Source of the DNA: an uncultured Armatimonadia bacterium
GTDB lineage: Bacteria; Armatimonadota; Zipacnadia; CAVVLO01
Direction of reading: 5' to 3'
Assembly (NCBI GenBank): GCA_963749155.1
Contig: CAVVLO010000003.1
Location: forward strand, 576,001-640,000
Length of the DNA: 64,000 nt
Shown here: positions 22,255-33,889 of the stretch, in pieces
How positions within the stretch are numbered: the stretch's first letter is position 1
Layout: the number at the start of each line of letters is the position of its first letter
Translations under genes and position numbers: made by a program
Notes under the pieces: model-generated
What the model saw: the letters and a program-made list of their open reading frames with translations, nothing else
The model's database searches: none
What the model was told of the DNA's origin: nothing

Positions 22255-24080
22255 ATGTCTTTGAAACGCTACACCGTCTCACTGCTGGCGCTGATTGCGC
22301 TTGTTGCTTTAACATCTTGGGGGGGGGGGGGGGGGTAAGCTGGGCAGACCAGAACGACCCCACTGTTGATGTGATCGTCCAGCGCGCAACCACGTTTGGA
22401 CAGCTTGAGGCCGCAACCCACGGCTGTTATTTACGACTGAGCTTTCAATTCCCAGGGACCCCCCCACCTACAATAGTGACAGTGAATGTCACATCGCTCC
22501 TCCTGACTGAGGTGGGTGAAAATTGTCCGCCGCCATTAATCTCACCGAGCGCTGTGTCTGGACCGAGCGCCCCGTTTTTCCAAGGGCAGGTCTGGAAATG
22601 GTATTTCCTAAACTCAGTTCCACTGTTAAACGCGACCTACAATCTGCGTGTCGAATTTGAATACAGTATCGGTATGAATGATCTAGTTGAGGCAGCGCCA
22701 GTTAACCTGACGTTCAGGGCCGACAACCTTATCGTTGTTTCAGCAACAGATGGTGTGCCAGGCGCTGAGAGTGGTTTCTGTCTCTTTGATCCAGATGACA
22801 GCATAGGCGGTAAGAACATAATGCGAGTCAACATGACGCTCGCAGATTACTACCTTGCTGGACTTGACAATAGCACCACCATCACGGTGCGCTGGCACGA
22901 CCCAGTTAGTGGACAGACACTTCGTGAGGTTACCGGTAACTTGGCGATTACTGGCGACCCTGGTGATCCAGAGAATGGCACTGCAATCCAATTATTTACC
23001 TGGGACGGATTGACCAGTGGCCAGACAGTTGCAAAGGGCGCTTACCCCTACACAGCTTATTCGAGCCAGCCCGCTGGAAGCGGGATCACCGGGCCGGTCC
23101 ACCACTGGTGGCATTCGCCTTATTTAACTGTGTCGAACGTCACCGCACGCTGGGTGGACGAAAACAGCGTCCACATCGAATGGGATCTCGGTGCCACTGG
23201 CAGCATAAGCACTTCCGGCGTTGAGATCCTTGCCATCTCACCTGATCTTGTGGTGTACCCCTTCAGTGCGCCAGGTGGCACGGGCCATAAGGAAACGGCT
23301 ATAGCCCTTCAGATACCAGAAGGGGGGAATGAGGGCAACTGGTTCTTCCTGGTACGGGCCAAAGATAATGACGCCCCCTTCGACCGGGCGCACGAAGACC
23401 GGTATGCGCAGGTCAAAGGTGCACATACGCCGCCCACGATTGTCACCTATCAACTCAATAGGCCGCTAAACGGTGGAAATCTGCCAGGCTTTAACACCAC
23501 TGCTGCCGAAATAACTGCCATCTGTTTCAGCGCAAGGAGCTACGCCGTAGTTGGTGGCGGCGAGATTCCACAGGCTGCGCAGGTGGTTACAGCCTTCGAG
23601 GGGGCCACTGTCTTTGCCACTTTCAGCCATGGAGATGCAAGCGGAGGCCTGGTCATATGTGATGACCTCAACAGCCTCGGTGCGACTAGTGGATTGCTGG
23701 ATGGGCAGAGTGTTGTAGTGGGGCTTGCTGGGCACAACGCGCCCCGCTTGAAGCTGGCGCTGTTTTATGGTTGCTGGACCGCGGACGACAATTTTTACGA
23801 ACTTGGTAACCTGATTAGTAAAGCCGAGACTTGTGGCGCTGAATGTGCAATTGGGTGGAACGTGGAAGTACTCGACGGCGCGGTTGCTGACCATTTTGCC
23901 AGCGTCTTTTGGGCCCATCTATTGGACAACAGTGTTTCTGCTGCGTCTGCCGTTGCGGCTGCCGTACAGAGTTGCCAACAGACGTTTAATTTTACGGTGA
24001 CCATCCCGGCCAATCAGCTTGTACTTGACAGCATGCATCAGCATCAGATTGTTGGTAGTCTGGAGGGAGGCGCATTATGA
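22255..24080 (+). CDS. Secreted protein with FlgD-Ig-like domain and C-terminal clan CD (CHAT/C25-like) peptidase-like domain; out of frame at a poly-G tract
   Basis: GGAG SD and ATG at 22255 give MSLKRYTVSLLALIALVALTSW, then G17 and TAA; ORF 22317-24080 continues in another frame; FTWDG..GQTVAKGAYPYT; FSHG...LFYGCWTA...GAECAIGW. Confidence 0.6.
22319..22335 (+). repeat. G17 homopolymer within the signal-peptide coding region
   Basis: 17 consecutive G counted directly. Confidence 0.9.
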
Positions 24081-25078
24081 AAAGGCAGGACAACAGACTG
24101 CGATGGATTGTCAAATCGCTGATGACTTTCGGTTTTGTATGGGCACTGGCGGTGCTTGGCGGACTATATGGGGCGATTACATACGCTCAAACACTTGATG
24201 CGCGCGCAGCAGTAAAACATCTGATGAGCACAACCGGGGAGCTACACTGGGCACAGGGTAAGAGTAGCCTAAGCCAGTACAGTATAGTAGAGGATCTGTC
24301 TACCAGCCATCGCGCACAGGTATTGCTGGATTCCGGAGGCGAGAGCCTTAAAGAATTCACACGATTGGACGATATTCCATCGCAAGTTGGGCCTTCTCTC
24401 GCCAGTAAGGCGCTGGAGCAGGTCGCCAGAGAACGCGCTGCCAGTGTGCTTTCGCCAGACTACAGTCTGGACACACTCATCGCCCGCAGTGTGCCACAAT
24501 CCTTCGGCCCAGTCACCTTGGTGCATCTATATGCTGAAAGCGATGGCATCAGGATCCCACCCTGGATATGCGTTGTAATTACGAATGATGGAAAGACTGT
24601 GTGGAGTTTGAAAGTCTCAGAGGAGCCAATACCAGGTCTGCACATAGGGGACGTGAAGTATACTGCCGATGAAGCAGGGGCGCTGGCGGTACCCGAAGCG
24701 ATACGCCGCGTGGCCGCTTTAACTGGCCTGAGCGAGGCCAAAGTGCGGGAGAAAGGTGGCTACGTGCTCCAATGGACTTCACCCCTCTACTACTCTAACA
24801 GCCCGCTCGGTTATTGTGGGCTGCCCACTCCAGGCGCCTTTTACGGCGCGCGGGTCGCCCGCACTAAGAGTCCGGAAGCCGGTAAAAGTGACGGACTGCC
24901 GCAAGAGGTGTCCCTCATCGTTGACGCCAATACTGGCAAGACTGCCGTACCGCCTGGGATTGCTGGGCAGATGCCATCAGTTGCCGATAAGTCAGCGCAG
25001 CCTCTTGTCGCCTACGCTCTCGCCGCCTTGGCGGGGTTGCTGGTCGTCTTCCTTGTCGTGAAGCTGAGGAAGAGGTAG
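24077..25078 (+). CDS. Membrane-anchored PepSY-like protein
   Basis: ATGA overlap with the upstream gene; N-terminal hydrophobic segment; YTADEAGALA and LIVDANTGK motifs; C-terminal TM plus KLRKR. Confidence 0.6.
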   Translation: MKRQDNRLRWIVKSLMTFGFVWALAVLGGLYGAITYAQTLDARAAVKHLMSTTGELHWAQGKSSLSQYSIVEDLSTSHRAQVLLDSGGESLKEFTRLDDIPSQVGPSLASKALEQVARERAASVLSPDYSLDTLIARSVPQSFGPVTLVHLYAESDGIRIPPWICVVITNDGKTVWSLKVSEEPIPGLHIGDVKYTADEAGALAVPEAIRRVAALTGLSEAKVREKGGYVLQWTSPLYYSNSPLGYCGLPTPGAFYGARVARTKSPEAGKSDGLPQEVSLIVDANTGKTAVPPGIAGQMPSVADKSAQPLVAYALAALAGLLVVFLVVKLRKR

Positions 25079-25111
25079 ACGCTCGCGAATTGCGCGCGGA
25101 CGAAAAGCAAA

Positions 25112-25139
25112 CAGGGAGGCCCTTCGCGGGGCCTCCCTG
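25112..25139. terminator. Hairpin between convergent genes
   Basis: CAGGGAGGCCC-TTCGCG-GGGCCTCCCTG. Confidence 0.7.
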
Positions 25140-25164
25140 CTAGTTTGAGCTGGGTAATAAGCGG

Positions 25165-28100
25165 TTAGTCGAGTTCTTCCACGATGATGGGGCCCATCAG
25201 GCCGTGGTCGGTGAGCTGGTAGTCGAAGCTCCAGCGCGGGTGGTCGGGCGAGAAGCTGTGGGGGCCGGTGCCAGGCTCCCACGGGGTGTGCAGCGGGCCG
25301 AGGATATTCTTGCGCCCGCCGATCACCTCGACGACGACCTCGGTCTCATCCTTGTCCAGCGCCTCGGTTATATCGGCCTCGAAAGGCGCCCACAGCAGCG
25401 GGAAGGTCTGCTGCCCCACGTGGACCGCCGCCATCGTCGCCGCAAGTTCGGGCAGTCTGATGCGCAGCCGCTTGCCGGCCTTGGGCCTGGCCACCTTCAG
25501 CTTGTAGCGCACCGCCGCGCCGTAGAAATCCAGCCCCTGGCCAACCCAGGAGCCCAGCGCAAGCTTGTCCGGCAGCTTCGTCAGGGTCATATTGGTTGGA
25601 CTTGGCCCCTCGGCGTCCAGCTTCTTAACGCCGAAATCGCCGATGAGATAGAGGTCTTCGAGCTCCAGATCGGGCCGGTACCAGAAACGCAGCTCCAGCA
25701 CGGTCTCTCCTTCCCCAAGCACAGGCATCAGATCGCAGGTGCGGAAGTCTTCCGACACCCACCAGCCCCCCTCAGGGCCTACCCGCTGACCATTTACGAT
25801 GATCTCGAACTCGTCGGGATTCTCGAGAGCGAGTTTGCAGAGGGTCGGTTTCACATCAATCTGGAACTTGTACCTGAGCACGGCCTCAAAACGAGGCCTG
25901 GTATCCACGGTGCCAAGCGCATAGAGATACCAGGGCTGATGCTCATTGCCCAGGCGAGTGCCCAGGCCGCAGCGCTCGCGGAACTCCTTGTCCACCTGGA
26001 GGGTGGGCTTGAGTTCGGAGAAGTCAGAGCCGTCGATGCTGTAGTCGCAGTAGTCCAGCGGGAAGCTGTTGAGCTCGGTCAGCTCATACTCGAAGGGGCC
26101 TTCGAAGGCCTTCCACGAGACGACTTTGGGCGCCGGCTTGTTGGGGACCGCATCGGGCACGTGAATCCCGTAGGAAAGCAGCGCCGAGCCGGTCGAGGGC
26201 AGGTCCAGCAGAACGAAGCCGCCCTCGGAGTCGGCCTCGCCGGCAAGCAGGGTCTTCTCCCCGGCCAGGGCATCCCAGAGTACGATGGGCAGGCTGGCGC
26301 CCTCAACGCGCACTTCGAGCTTGAGAGGCTGCTTGCGCTCATGCGACTGGACGAAGAGCAGATAGCCCTCATCCACCTGGCGCAGCATCGCCCAGACCTG
26401 ATCGCACTCTTTGCCGTCCACCTGGAGGCTGACCTGACGGGGAAGGAGGCTTCCAACTTGCCTGATCAGAGCCGCAGGCTCCGCATCGCAGTTCGCAGAA
26501 CTATCAAGCAGCCTGAGCAAGGCCGCATCGGCGCAGTCCTTGCCATCGCACCTGACAGGTTGCTCGCCCGCGAAGAGGACCTTCCCCCCCGCCGCGACGA
26601 AGGCGTTGAGCAGTTTGATTGTAGACTTGCGCAAGGTGACGACAGGCGGCACGACGACGAGTTTGTAGCTCATCTGGCCGACGGTCAGGCCGTCAGCGGT
26701 GACGTGGCCATAACGCGCCAGCAGGCCTTCATCGCCGAAATCCCAGTCATAGTGTTGGCCGGTGAGGGTGAACATCACGGTGCGGAGCGACTGCTCCAGT
26801 TCACCGAGTTTGGGCGCAGCCTGGTTGGAGCCGGGCGTGAGAAGGCCCCAGGCGCTTTCAATCGGGTGGATTACAAGCACGTCGCGCACTGGCTTGCCGC
26901 GCGTGAGCATATACGAGAGACGCGCGAAGTAGTCCTCCACGCCCTTGTAATACGGCCACCAGGGACTGTGGTTGATTATGCTGGCGGGGTAATCGCGTTT
27001 GGCGCCGCCGGCCAGGCTGTAATGGGTCAGATGCTGACAGCGGAAGTTGATTCCGGTCGCATACTGCCAGTCGCCGAGGAACTTGTGACCCTCCAGCGGG
27101 AAGTCCCAGCCGGTGCAACCGTAAAGCTCGGTGAGTACGCGCTCCTTACCGAGCTGGTCGGCCACGGAGGAGCACTGCTTGGCGGTCAGAAGCTCTTCGG
27201 CCTGGTCGGTGAGGAGGTCTATCCCAGGCCACTGCATATGCTCATAGTGGGGCATACAGGCGCCGACGACCATCGTCTGCAAAGTCAGATCGCCTTCGAG
27301 TAGCACGTGGCCGGTGAGGGCGATACGCTCCTTGCCGCACCAGGCGCCAATCTGCCCGGAGAAGTTCTCGACGAAGAGCTCGGTGATGGTCTGGTGGTAG
27401 TCGTGTTGGACCTTGCTGAAGGCGCCGCCGGCCGCTGGGAAGAAGAGCTCGGGCAGATGGTTCATCAGGTCGTAGCCGCGCCGCGCTTTGAATTCTTCCG
27501 GCAGGCGAGGCGTCCAGTGGGCCTGGAGCGTTACATCGGCGCCGACGTTGTTGCGCCAGCCGTAGTTAGGCTCATCGGTGAACATCCCAGGAATCAGCGC
27601 GCCGAAATCCTTGCCATAGCGGGCGGCATACTGGTCATGGGTGCTCTTGATATATTCGGCGACGGCCTCGTGGCTCAGCACATCGAGATAACCGCCATCA
27701 TTGGTCCAACCACTGGGAATCTCGGTTCTCACCGCGAAGGCCATACCGCAGCCTGAAGCGCATTTGGAGTAGCTCTTGAGCGCGCCAGCCTCGTCGAGTT
27801 CTACCTCGAAATTCGCAAGACTCGAGGAGGCATCTTTAAGCTCGGTGGCAGCGCCGGCGACCAGATACTTGAGCCGAAGCTCGGGGTGTTCGCGGGTGAC
27901 GAAGCCGCCAGCAGGGCCGGAAGGCCAGCGATCCTCATCGTAGAGATAAGCTTTCAGGTCCAGCGCGCGAGCTTTCTCGATACACAGGCCCAACAGGTCG
28001 AACCATTCCTCGGACAGATAGGGAGTTTTAAGCCCATAGCGGCTGTGCATAAAGAAGCCGCCCATCCCGCCCTTGTGCATCTCGTCAATCTGAGACAGCA

Positions 28101-28203
28101 GCCTGTCTTTTTCGAGCTTGCTGTTGAGGGACCAGAAAGGCGCGCCGCGCCAGAGTGAGGGGGGATCTGCCCAGATGCCGTTCCAGAGGTCGAGCTTGTT
28201 CAT
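25165..28203 (-). CDS. GH106-like glycoside hydrolase (alpha-L-rhamnosidase-like family), no signal peptide
   Basis: PFWSLN, GMGGFFMHSRYGL, YLYDEDRWPSGPAGG, FTDEP, LTGHVLLE, PGIDLL, AKRDYPAS. Confidence 0.75.
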   Translation of the reverse strand: MNKLDLWNGIWADPPSLWRGAPFWSLNSKLEKDRLLSQIDEMHKGGMGGFFMHSRYGLKTPYLSEEWFDLLGLCIEKARALDLKAYLYDEDRWPSGPAGGFVTREHPELRLKYLVAGAATELKDASSSLANFEVELDEAGALKSYSKCASGCGMAFAVRTEIPSGWTNDGGYLDVLSHEAVAEYIKSTHDQYAARYGKDFGALIPGMFTDEPNYGWRNNVGADVTLQAHWTPRLPEEFKARRGYDLMNHLPELFFPAAGGAFSKVQHDYHQTITELFVENFSGQIGAWCGKERIALTGHVLLEGDLTLQTMVVGACMPHYEHMQWPGIDLLTDQAEELLTAKQCSSVADQLGKERVLTELYGCTGWDFPLEGHKFLGDWQYATGINFRCQHLTHYSLAGGAKRDYPASIINHSPWWPYYKGVEDYFARLSYMLTRGKPVRDVLVIHPIESAWGLLTPGSNQAAPKLGELEQSLRTVMFTLTGQHYDWDFGDEGLLARYGHVTADGLTVGQMSYKLVVVPPVVTLRKSTIKLLNAFVAAGGKVLFAGEQPVRCDGKDCADAALLRLLDSSANCDAEPAALIRQVGSLLPRQVSLQVDGKECDQVWAMLRQVDEGYLLFVQSHERKQPLKLEVRVEGASLPIVLWDALAGEKTLLAGEADSEGGFVLLDLPSTGSALLSYGIHVPDAVPNKPAPKVVSWKAFEGPFEYELTELNSFPLDYCDYSIDGSDFSELKPTLQVDKEFRERCGLGTRLGNEHQPWYLYALGTVDTRPRFEAVLRYKFQIDVKPTLCKLALENPDEFEIIVNGQRVGPEGGWWVSEDFRTCDLMPVLGEGETVLELRFWYRPDLELEDLYLIGDFGVKKLDAEGPSPTNMTLTKLPDKLALGSWVGQGLDFYGAAVRYKLKVARPKAGKRLRIRLPELAATMAAVHVGQQTFPLLWAPFEADITEALDKDETEVVVEVIGGRKNILGPLHTPWEPGTGPHSFSPDHPRWSFDYQLTDHGLMGPIIVEELD

Positions 28204-28286
28204 TTTAAACACCTCGCCAGTGTTAAAGACGTATCTAATAGTCTGTCACAGGTTACGAAAGCAGGCAAGGTGTTGAGGCTTATTTG

Positions 28287-29703
28287 CTACCAGGAAGTAC
28301 GGACTAGCAAAGTGGTGACACTTTCGGCGGGTAGCACGAGGGAAAGCAAATAGCCTTCGAGAGGGATTTTGGGAAGCGCGGCAAGGCTTTCGGTCGCGCT
28401 GGTGCGGAAGGCCTGGGCGTGAGGCGCGATTTCTGAAAAAGCCGACAGGTCGAACTGGCGCCTGACTTCGGTCGCCTCAGGATTGAAGGCCACCAGAATC
28501 AGCTTGCCGGCCTCTTCGTCCAGCGCGGCCAGGGTGCGCTGGTCTCCGCTTGGGATGAGGACGCAGCCCGGGCGCAAGAAGCGGCTGTACTGAGCCATCA
28601 CCCAGTAGGCTTTCGTGTAAGCGAAGCCTGATTCGGGGTGCTCGAAATCTGCGTGGAGGAGGCCCCAATTGAAGTTGTACTGCACGCACATCGCCTCGTT
28701 CTCGATGGCCTGCCAATAGACCCAGGCGTCGGCCCCAAGGTCGGCAAGGTCCCACTGGATGGTCTGGGCCAGGGCCAGCCCGCTGCCCATCGCGTCATGG
28801 TCGTGAGCGCCGACGCTGCCTCCATATTCGGACATCCAGAGGCGCTTGCCAAGAGGCTTCACTTCAGCTTGCAGCGCGGCGCGGTTCCAGCCCCAGTAGG
28901 CGTGCGTATTGACCTGCGCAACCGCCTCGCGCGCCTCGGGTGAAAGCTCCCGCCAGGTGGCCAGCGAGTGTTCGATGCTGGTTTCATCGGAGGCCGCCAC
29001 CTCGGTGGCAAGCCCAACCTCGGCCAATTTGCGCGCGAGCAGTGGTATCAGCAGGCTCTGGGTAGCCACGTCGAAGTGGCAGCCTTCCTGATTGCCTCCC
29101 GCTTTCCAGTAATCGCTTCGGGGTTCATTGAAGGGGTCTAGCGTGCGGAAATCGATACCTTCTTCGTCCCGGAAGTGCCGGACTGCCTCGACCAGGAAGT
29201 CAGTATAGCGTTCGTATTCGGAGGGCTTGAGATTGTCTTTTGCCGGGTCGGTTGCGCCCGCACTGCAGCCGCTTTCGGTCATCCACCAGGGGGGCGAATT
29301 AACGAAGGCTTCGATGAGGTTGGCTCCACGCGCTTTGGCCGCCTGAAGGAACCAGCGCTGGCCTGGGTCGGCTTCCCAGTCGAAGACGCCAGGCTCGGGC
29401 TGGAAGCATGGCACCTGCCCGCCCAGGCGCATATGGTTGTGGCCTGGAGCGTCTCCCCCACCAAAATTGTACCTGGCGATGTTCAGGCGCAGGCCTTTTT
29501 CTCCGAACAGGGCGTCGGCAAGCTGGCTTCGGACAGGCTCAGGCCACTGACCGAGTATGTTTGCGAACCAGCAAAGCGAGGTGCCCCAACCCTCCAGGCG
29601 CTGCCTGGGCAAAGTCGGCTCTAGCCGGGCAGGCTTATCCTCTGCCAGGGCCAGCGAAACTAGGCAGCAAGAGGAGTGCAAGGCCAAGTAATTCGGCTTT
29701 CAA
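28287..29703 (-). CDS. Secreted GH30 glycoside hydrolase (endo-beta-1,6-galactanase-like); frameshift in the signal peptide
   Basis: EGWGTSLCWFA, RYNFGGG, NSPPWWMT, PFNEP, QEGCH, WMSEYG, AWVYWQ; probable TTG start at 29703 after GGAG (MKAELLGLALLL). Confidence 0.82.
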
Positions 29704-29712
29704 GTGTGCTCC

Positions 29713-30657
29713 CTAGTTTTGCTTCATCCGGGTATAAAGCCATAGTCCAATTCCAATCACCAGCAATACCGACGTGATGAGCAAGCCTGTCTGCAATCCT
29801 GATTTTTCCGAGGCAGGAGGGAGTGCGCCATAATCTACATCGGCCTCAGAGGAGGTATCAAACAGATTATCCGGAGGCGGTGCGGTCGGTGGCGGGGCTA
29901 CAGCCTGCTTGCTCACTCTGACAGAGCGCCAATCAGTGGCATAGCAAGCCGGTGCTTTCGGCATCTGGACTGGCTTATACCTTAGTTTGCCCGTCGAGTC
30001 ATCTACATCGGCCGCCCACCAGTCGCCCTTCGCATCTTGCCAGCCCACCTGCCACAAAGGGCCAAGTTGCTGGCCTTTTGCGCTTTCAGGCAAGTCAGGG
30101 ACTTCAGCCTTCACCGCCGCGAGAGCCTCTTTGTCCGAGCCCTCTTCATCAGGATATTCCAGGGTCGTTACAGAAGAGAAAGCGGCGATCCGGCCCGCCT
30201 TGTCAACAATCAGGCCCCAGACCGCTTTGCTGAGTGTTTGGTTGCCCTTGCCGAGATACCAGACATAGCTAGTGGGCAGAAGGGTTTTCTCCCAGGGCAT
30301 ATCATCAGCAGGAACTGGCAAGTTAAGAGCCTTGGAAAGGGTGACGACTACTTCTTGCACCTGCTCGGTGGTTGGCTCTGCCCCTCGGGCACTAACCTGA
30401 GGCAGCCAGGGAGCTCCGCCAAAAACTGAAAGCGCCACAAACTCGCCGGAGTTTTCATTGACAGTGATCATCACTCCCGATGCGGCGAAACTGACAAACC
30501 CGCGCTGGGTGTCATAATCTGAAGGGCGAGGCTCCAGGGTCGGGCTTGGCGCGCCCAAGGCCTTAAGCAGGGCAGTTGCCGCCCCCTCAGGGGTTTCTGC
30601 CCAGGCCCAGGAGGCCAGAAAGAGGACTAGAAGGACTCCGAGCACGCATCTCGACAC
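29713..30657 (-). CDS. Membrane-anchored PepSY-like protein
   Basis: Signal peptide; KEALAAVK..WQV..ADVDDSTGK; Pro-rich linker; C-terminal TM plus basic tail. Confidence 0.55.
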   Translation of the reverse strand: MSRCVLGVLLVLFLASWAWAETPEGAATALLKALGAPSPTLEPRPSDYDTQRGFVSFAASGVMITVNENSGEFVALSVFGGAPWLPQVSARGAEPTTEQVQEVVVTLSKALNLPVPADDMPWEKTLLPTSYVWYLGKGNQTLSKAVWGLIVDKAGRIAAFSSVTTLEYPDEEGSDKEALAAVKAEVPDLPESAKGQQLGPLWQVGWQDAKGDWWAADVDDSTGKLRYKPVQMPKAPACYATDWRSVRVSKQAVAPPPTAPPPDNLFDTSSEADVDYGALPPASEKSGLQTGLLITSVLLVIGIGLWLYTRMKQN

Positions 30658-30763
30658 TTGCGATCACTCTCCTCGGAAGGCTTTCACTGATGATACCACG
30701 CGGGAGAAGTCATAAAGAAGTCGAACTAGGCCTCGCAAGCTCGTAAATCCGGAGGCTCTGTAG

Positions 30764-33700
30764 ATGCGCGTTTACCTTTTCGTCTATCTGGCGCTACTTG
30801 GAGGGCTTGGTATGGGAAGCGCCTTCCCCGCCTCACCAGTGTGGGTGGTGGGTAGCAGCCTGGGTGACCTGAGGCCGACCTTCGAGCAGCTTGGCCTCGA
30901 GGCGAGGCTTGCGGTGAGCCTCGAAGACGTACCTGAAGACGCAGCATCGGTGCTGGTACTGGCCGAAGACTATCCTGAGCCGACCCGGCTTGTCCTGGCA
31001 GATATCGACCGGCTGCGCGCCATCGCAGAGCAGGGCGGGAGGGTGCTGGTCGAGTTCGCATTACCGGCGGAGGGAACGAGTCTCTTCGGGGTCGAGACCG
31101 AACCTGCACCTCGGCGCGCCCTCTCGGAGCGGTTGGTAGTGCTGCAACCACTGGGAGGACTTGCTCCCGAAGCACTACTCGACGACCACGACAACGCGTA
31201 TGTGGCTTTTTCGTCTCTGCCTGCGGACGCAGAGAGGCTGCTGGAATATGACCTGTGCCTGGGCACCTACGACCGCCGGCCGCTGCCTGAGCAGGGGCGG
31301 TATATCCTGACAGTCGACCTGGGCGAATTGAAGCCTCTTTCGAACGTCGCCCAGCGCTTTGGCGCAGGCAGGGAGAGCTATGCACCCGAGAGCGTCGAGC
31401 TTTGGCTGTCCACCGATGGGGTTAGCTATGAGCGAGTGGCGCGCCAGGAGGGGCCGGGCCTCTTCCCGGAGGCGCGCTTTGAACTGGAAGGACGCTCTGC
31501 CCGCTCTGTCAGACTGGTCGCGCGCAAGCTCAAGCGCGATGCGGTCAGTGACTTCTTCTTCGCGGGCGAGGTCAGCGCGCTGGACGTCACTGGGAAGAAC
31601 GTCGCCCTTGGTCGCCCCTACGCGCTTGAGCCGGCCGATACAGTCTCAGGGGCTCATCTCGATGACGGTGCGAAGCTTACCGATGGCGTTATGGATGGCC
31701 TGTACACTGACAAGCAGTCGGTCGGTTGGGGCACTCCCGAGCCGCCCAAGCCGACCAGCTTCCCCGCCGTGGTGCGAGTGCCGGTTGGGCTCGGCGAAGT
31801 GCTGCTGGTCGGGCCGAAGCTCTCCGACTGGAGGCAGCGCAACTTCCGCCTCAGCGAGCGCTTCGAGGCCCTCTGGCGCGGCCTGTTGCTGGAGCTGCTG
31901 CCCGAAGAGGAACGCCCACAGGCCCTGGCTTCCTATGTGCCTCTGAAAGCCTGGACCGAACCGCACCGCTGGGCAGTGCCTGGAACGCAGAGGTGAAGCT
32001 GATTGTCAGAGACGTCCGCTGAAGCCAGGGCGATCTGCGAGGGCCTTGAACTCAAGCCTGTCGAGGGCAGTCCGGGCCGGTTCGAGGCCACTTTTACTTC
32101 AACCGAGGGCGAGCGGCGCTTCGACGTGAGGGCCAGGACGGCGACAGGCGAGGCGCAGGCGCGAGGTGGACTTCAGCTGCAGCTTGCGAGAGACCGCCTA
32201 TCGCCAGGCGCTGGACAAAGTGATGGGCTGGTATGAGGCAAGTGGGGTGCTGGACTCACCTCTTGCCAAGGGAGGGGTGGCCTCGCAGGTATGCCTGGCG
32301 TGGTTCGATAGTGGGCAACCGGACAAGTTTCCAAACCGGGTGGACTGCCAGGCGATGAGCGCCGAAGCCTTCTTCCTCTACAACCGACTCGACGGTAGTG
32401 AAACCTGGCGAGAGCGCGCAATCAAGTTGCTGGACCTGGTCGAAGGCAGTCAGATCAAAGACCCGGCACGCGCCAGCTTTGGCGGCTTCCCCTGGCTGCT
32501 CGAGAACGACGACACGCTGTGGTTCTGGGACGACAACTGTCGGTCGGGGATGGCGCTGCTGTGGGGTTATCACTGGACGGGCGATGAACGTTACCTGGCC
32601 TCGGCGGTGCGCTCGGCGGAGCTGTTCCGCCAGGTGGCAAGGGAGGATGGCTGCGTCCACAGGCATTGCATCTCGGCGAAGGAACTGGACCAAATTGGTC
32701 GGGAGGCTTATCGGGCTTTCTCCCAGGGGGCTGTAGATGCCGATTACCGCCTGCAACACTGGGGAAGCCTGGCCGCAGTGACGGGCGATGCGGAGTATGA
32801 GCGGCTGGCCGGACTGGTCGACCGCCTCTGGACGCCGCAGGTGTGGCTGCGCGGCGCGGCCCACGCGGCGCATTATCTGGATTCCGACGCTGGCAAAGCA
32901 ACGGACTCTGGCTCTGGCCGACCAGTTGCTTGCCGACCCGGCCGTTGCGCGCTGGGGGGCGGTGCTTGCACCTGGCGGCGACTTCAAGTGGGCCTTCGTG
33001 AATGATTGCGGCATCGCAACCGATTCCGGCGAGCCGCTGACCGACCAGCTCTACACGACGCCGTGGTACTTCCTCGAGGCCTGGCGCGCCTGGAAGGCCA
33101 CCGGCGATGAGCGCTGCAAGCAGCTTGCAGAAGGCTTCGGCGACTATCTGGTGCGCATCCAGTGCGATCAGCCCGACCCGCGGCTTGCGGGCTGCTGGAT
33201 GCGCGGTTTCGATGTCGAGCACTGGGAATACTATGGCGCGCCCTATGACCCCAACTACGGCCCTTACTCGGCTTACACCGGGTGGATGAACTCTATCGCG
33301 GCGCAGGCGCTGGCCTGGTATCTGCTGGATGAGCCGCCCTTCCTGCCCGAGTCCGGTACGGACACCACTCGCAAGCTGGTGGCGGATATCCGGGCGCTGA
33401 ATCCGAAGCTGGTCGAGGACGGCCAAAATCTGGCCCTCGGCGCCGCCTACAGCCTCTCCCCCGCGCCTCTGCCGGCTTACGCGAGACGCAGGCGGAGAGC
33501 TGACCGATGGGATTCTGGATGGCACTTACAGTGATGGACTGTCGGTGGCCTGGCATATGGAGGAGGGAGAGCGGCTACAGACCGAACTGCGGCTCGATCT
33601 GGGCGAGCTGAAGCAGCTCAAGCTGGTCACCCAGCAATATGGCGCAGGGACTGGCGCCTACAACCCGGACGAAGTCGTGCTGCTGACCTCGGTGGACGGG

Positions 33701-33889
33701 GAACGCTTTGAGGAAGCCCACAGGCAGAGCTTCGCTGAGACAGGTCCCGGGCTGCTCTGGGCCTGGTTCGATACCCCACTCGAGGCGAGATACCTGACCT
33801 TCCAGTATACAAAGCAGCGCCGAAGCCCGGTGACTGACTTCCTGTTTATCGGCGAGACGAAGGCTTTCAGTCCGCTAAATTTCCCTTAG
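30764..33889 (+). CDS. Large secreted protein with a six-hairpin-like core and two discoidin/F5-8 type C (CBM32-like) domains; about 4 frameshifts
   Basis: ORFs 30764-31996, 32003-32236, 32166-33005, 32788-33534 and 33545-33889 are collinear; YHWTGDERYL and WKATGDER helical motifs; DLGELK..STDG/SVDG motifs occur twice. Confidence 0.65.

Noticed and set aside
25204..27303. Long antisense ORFs (699 aa here; also 639-1868, 8971-10560, 18100-19374, 55217-56959)
   Set aside because: Shadow ORFs opposite well-supported genes, expected in GC-rich DNA
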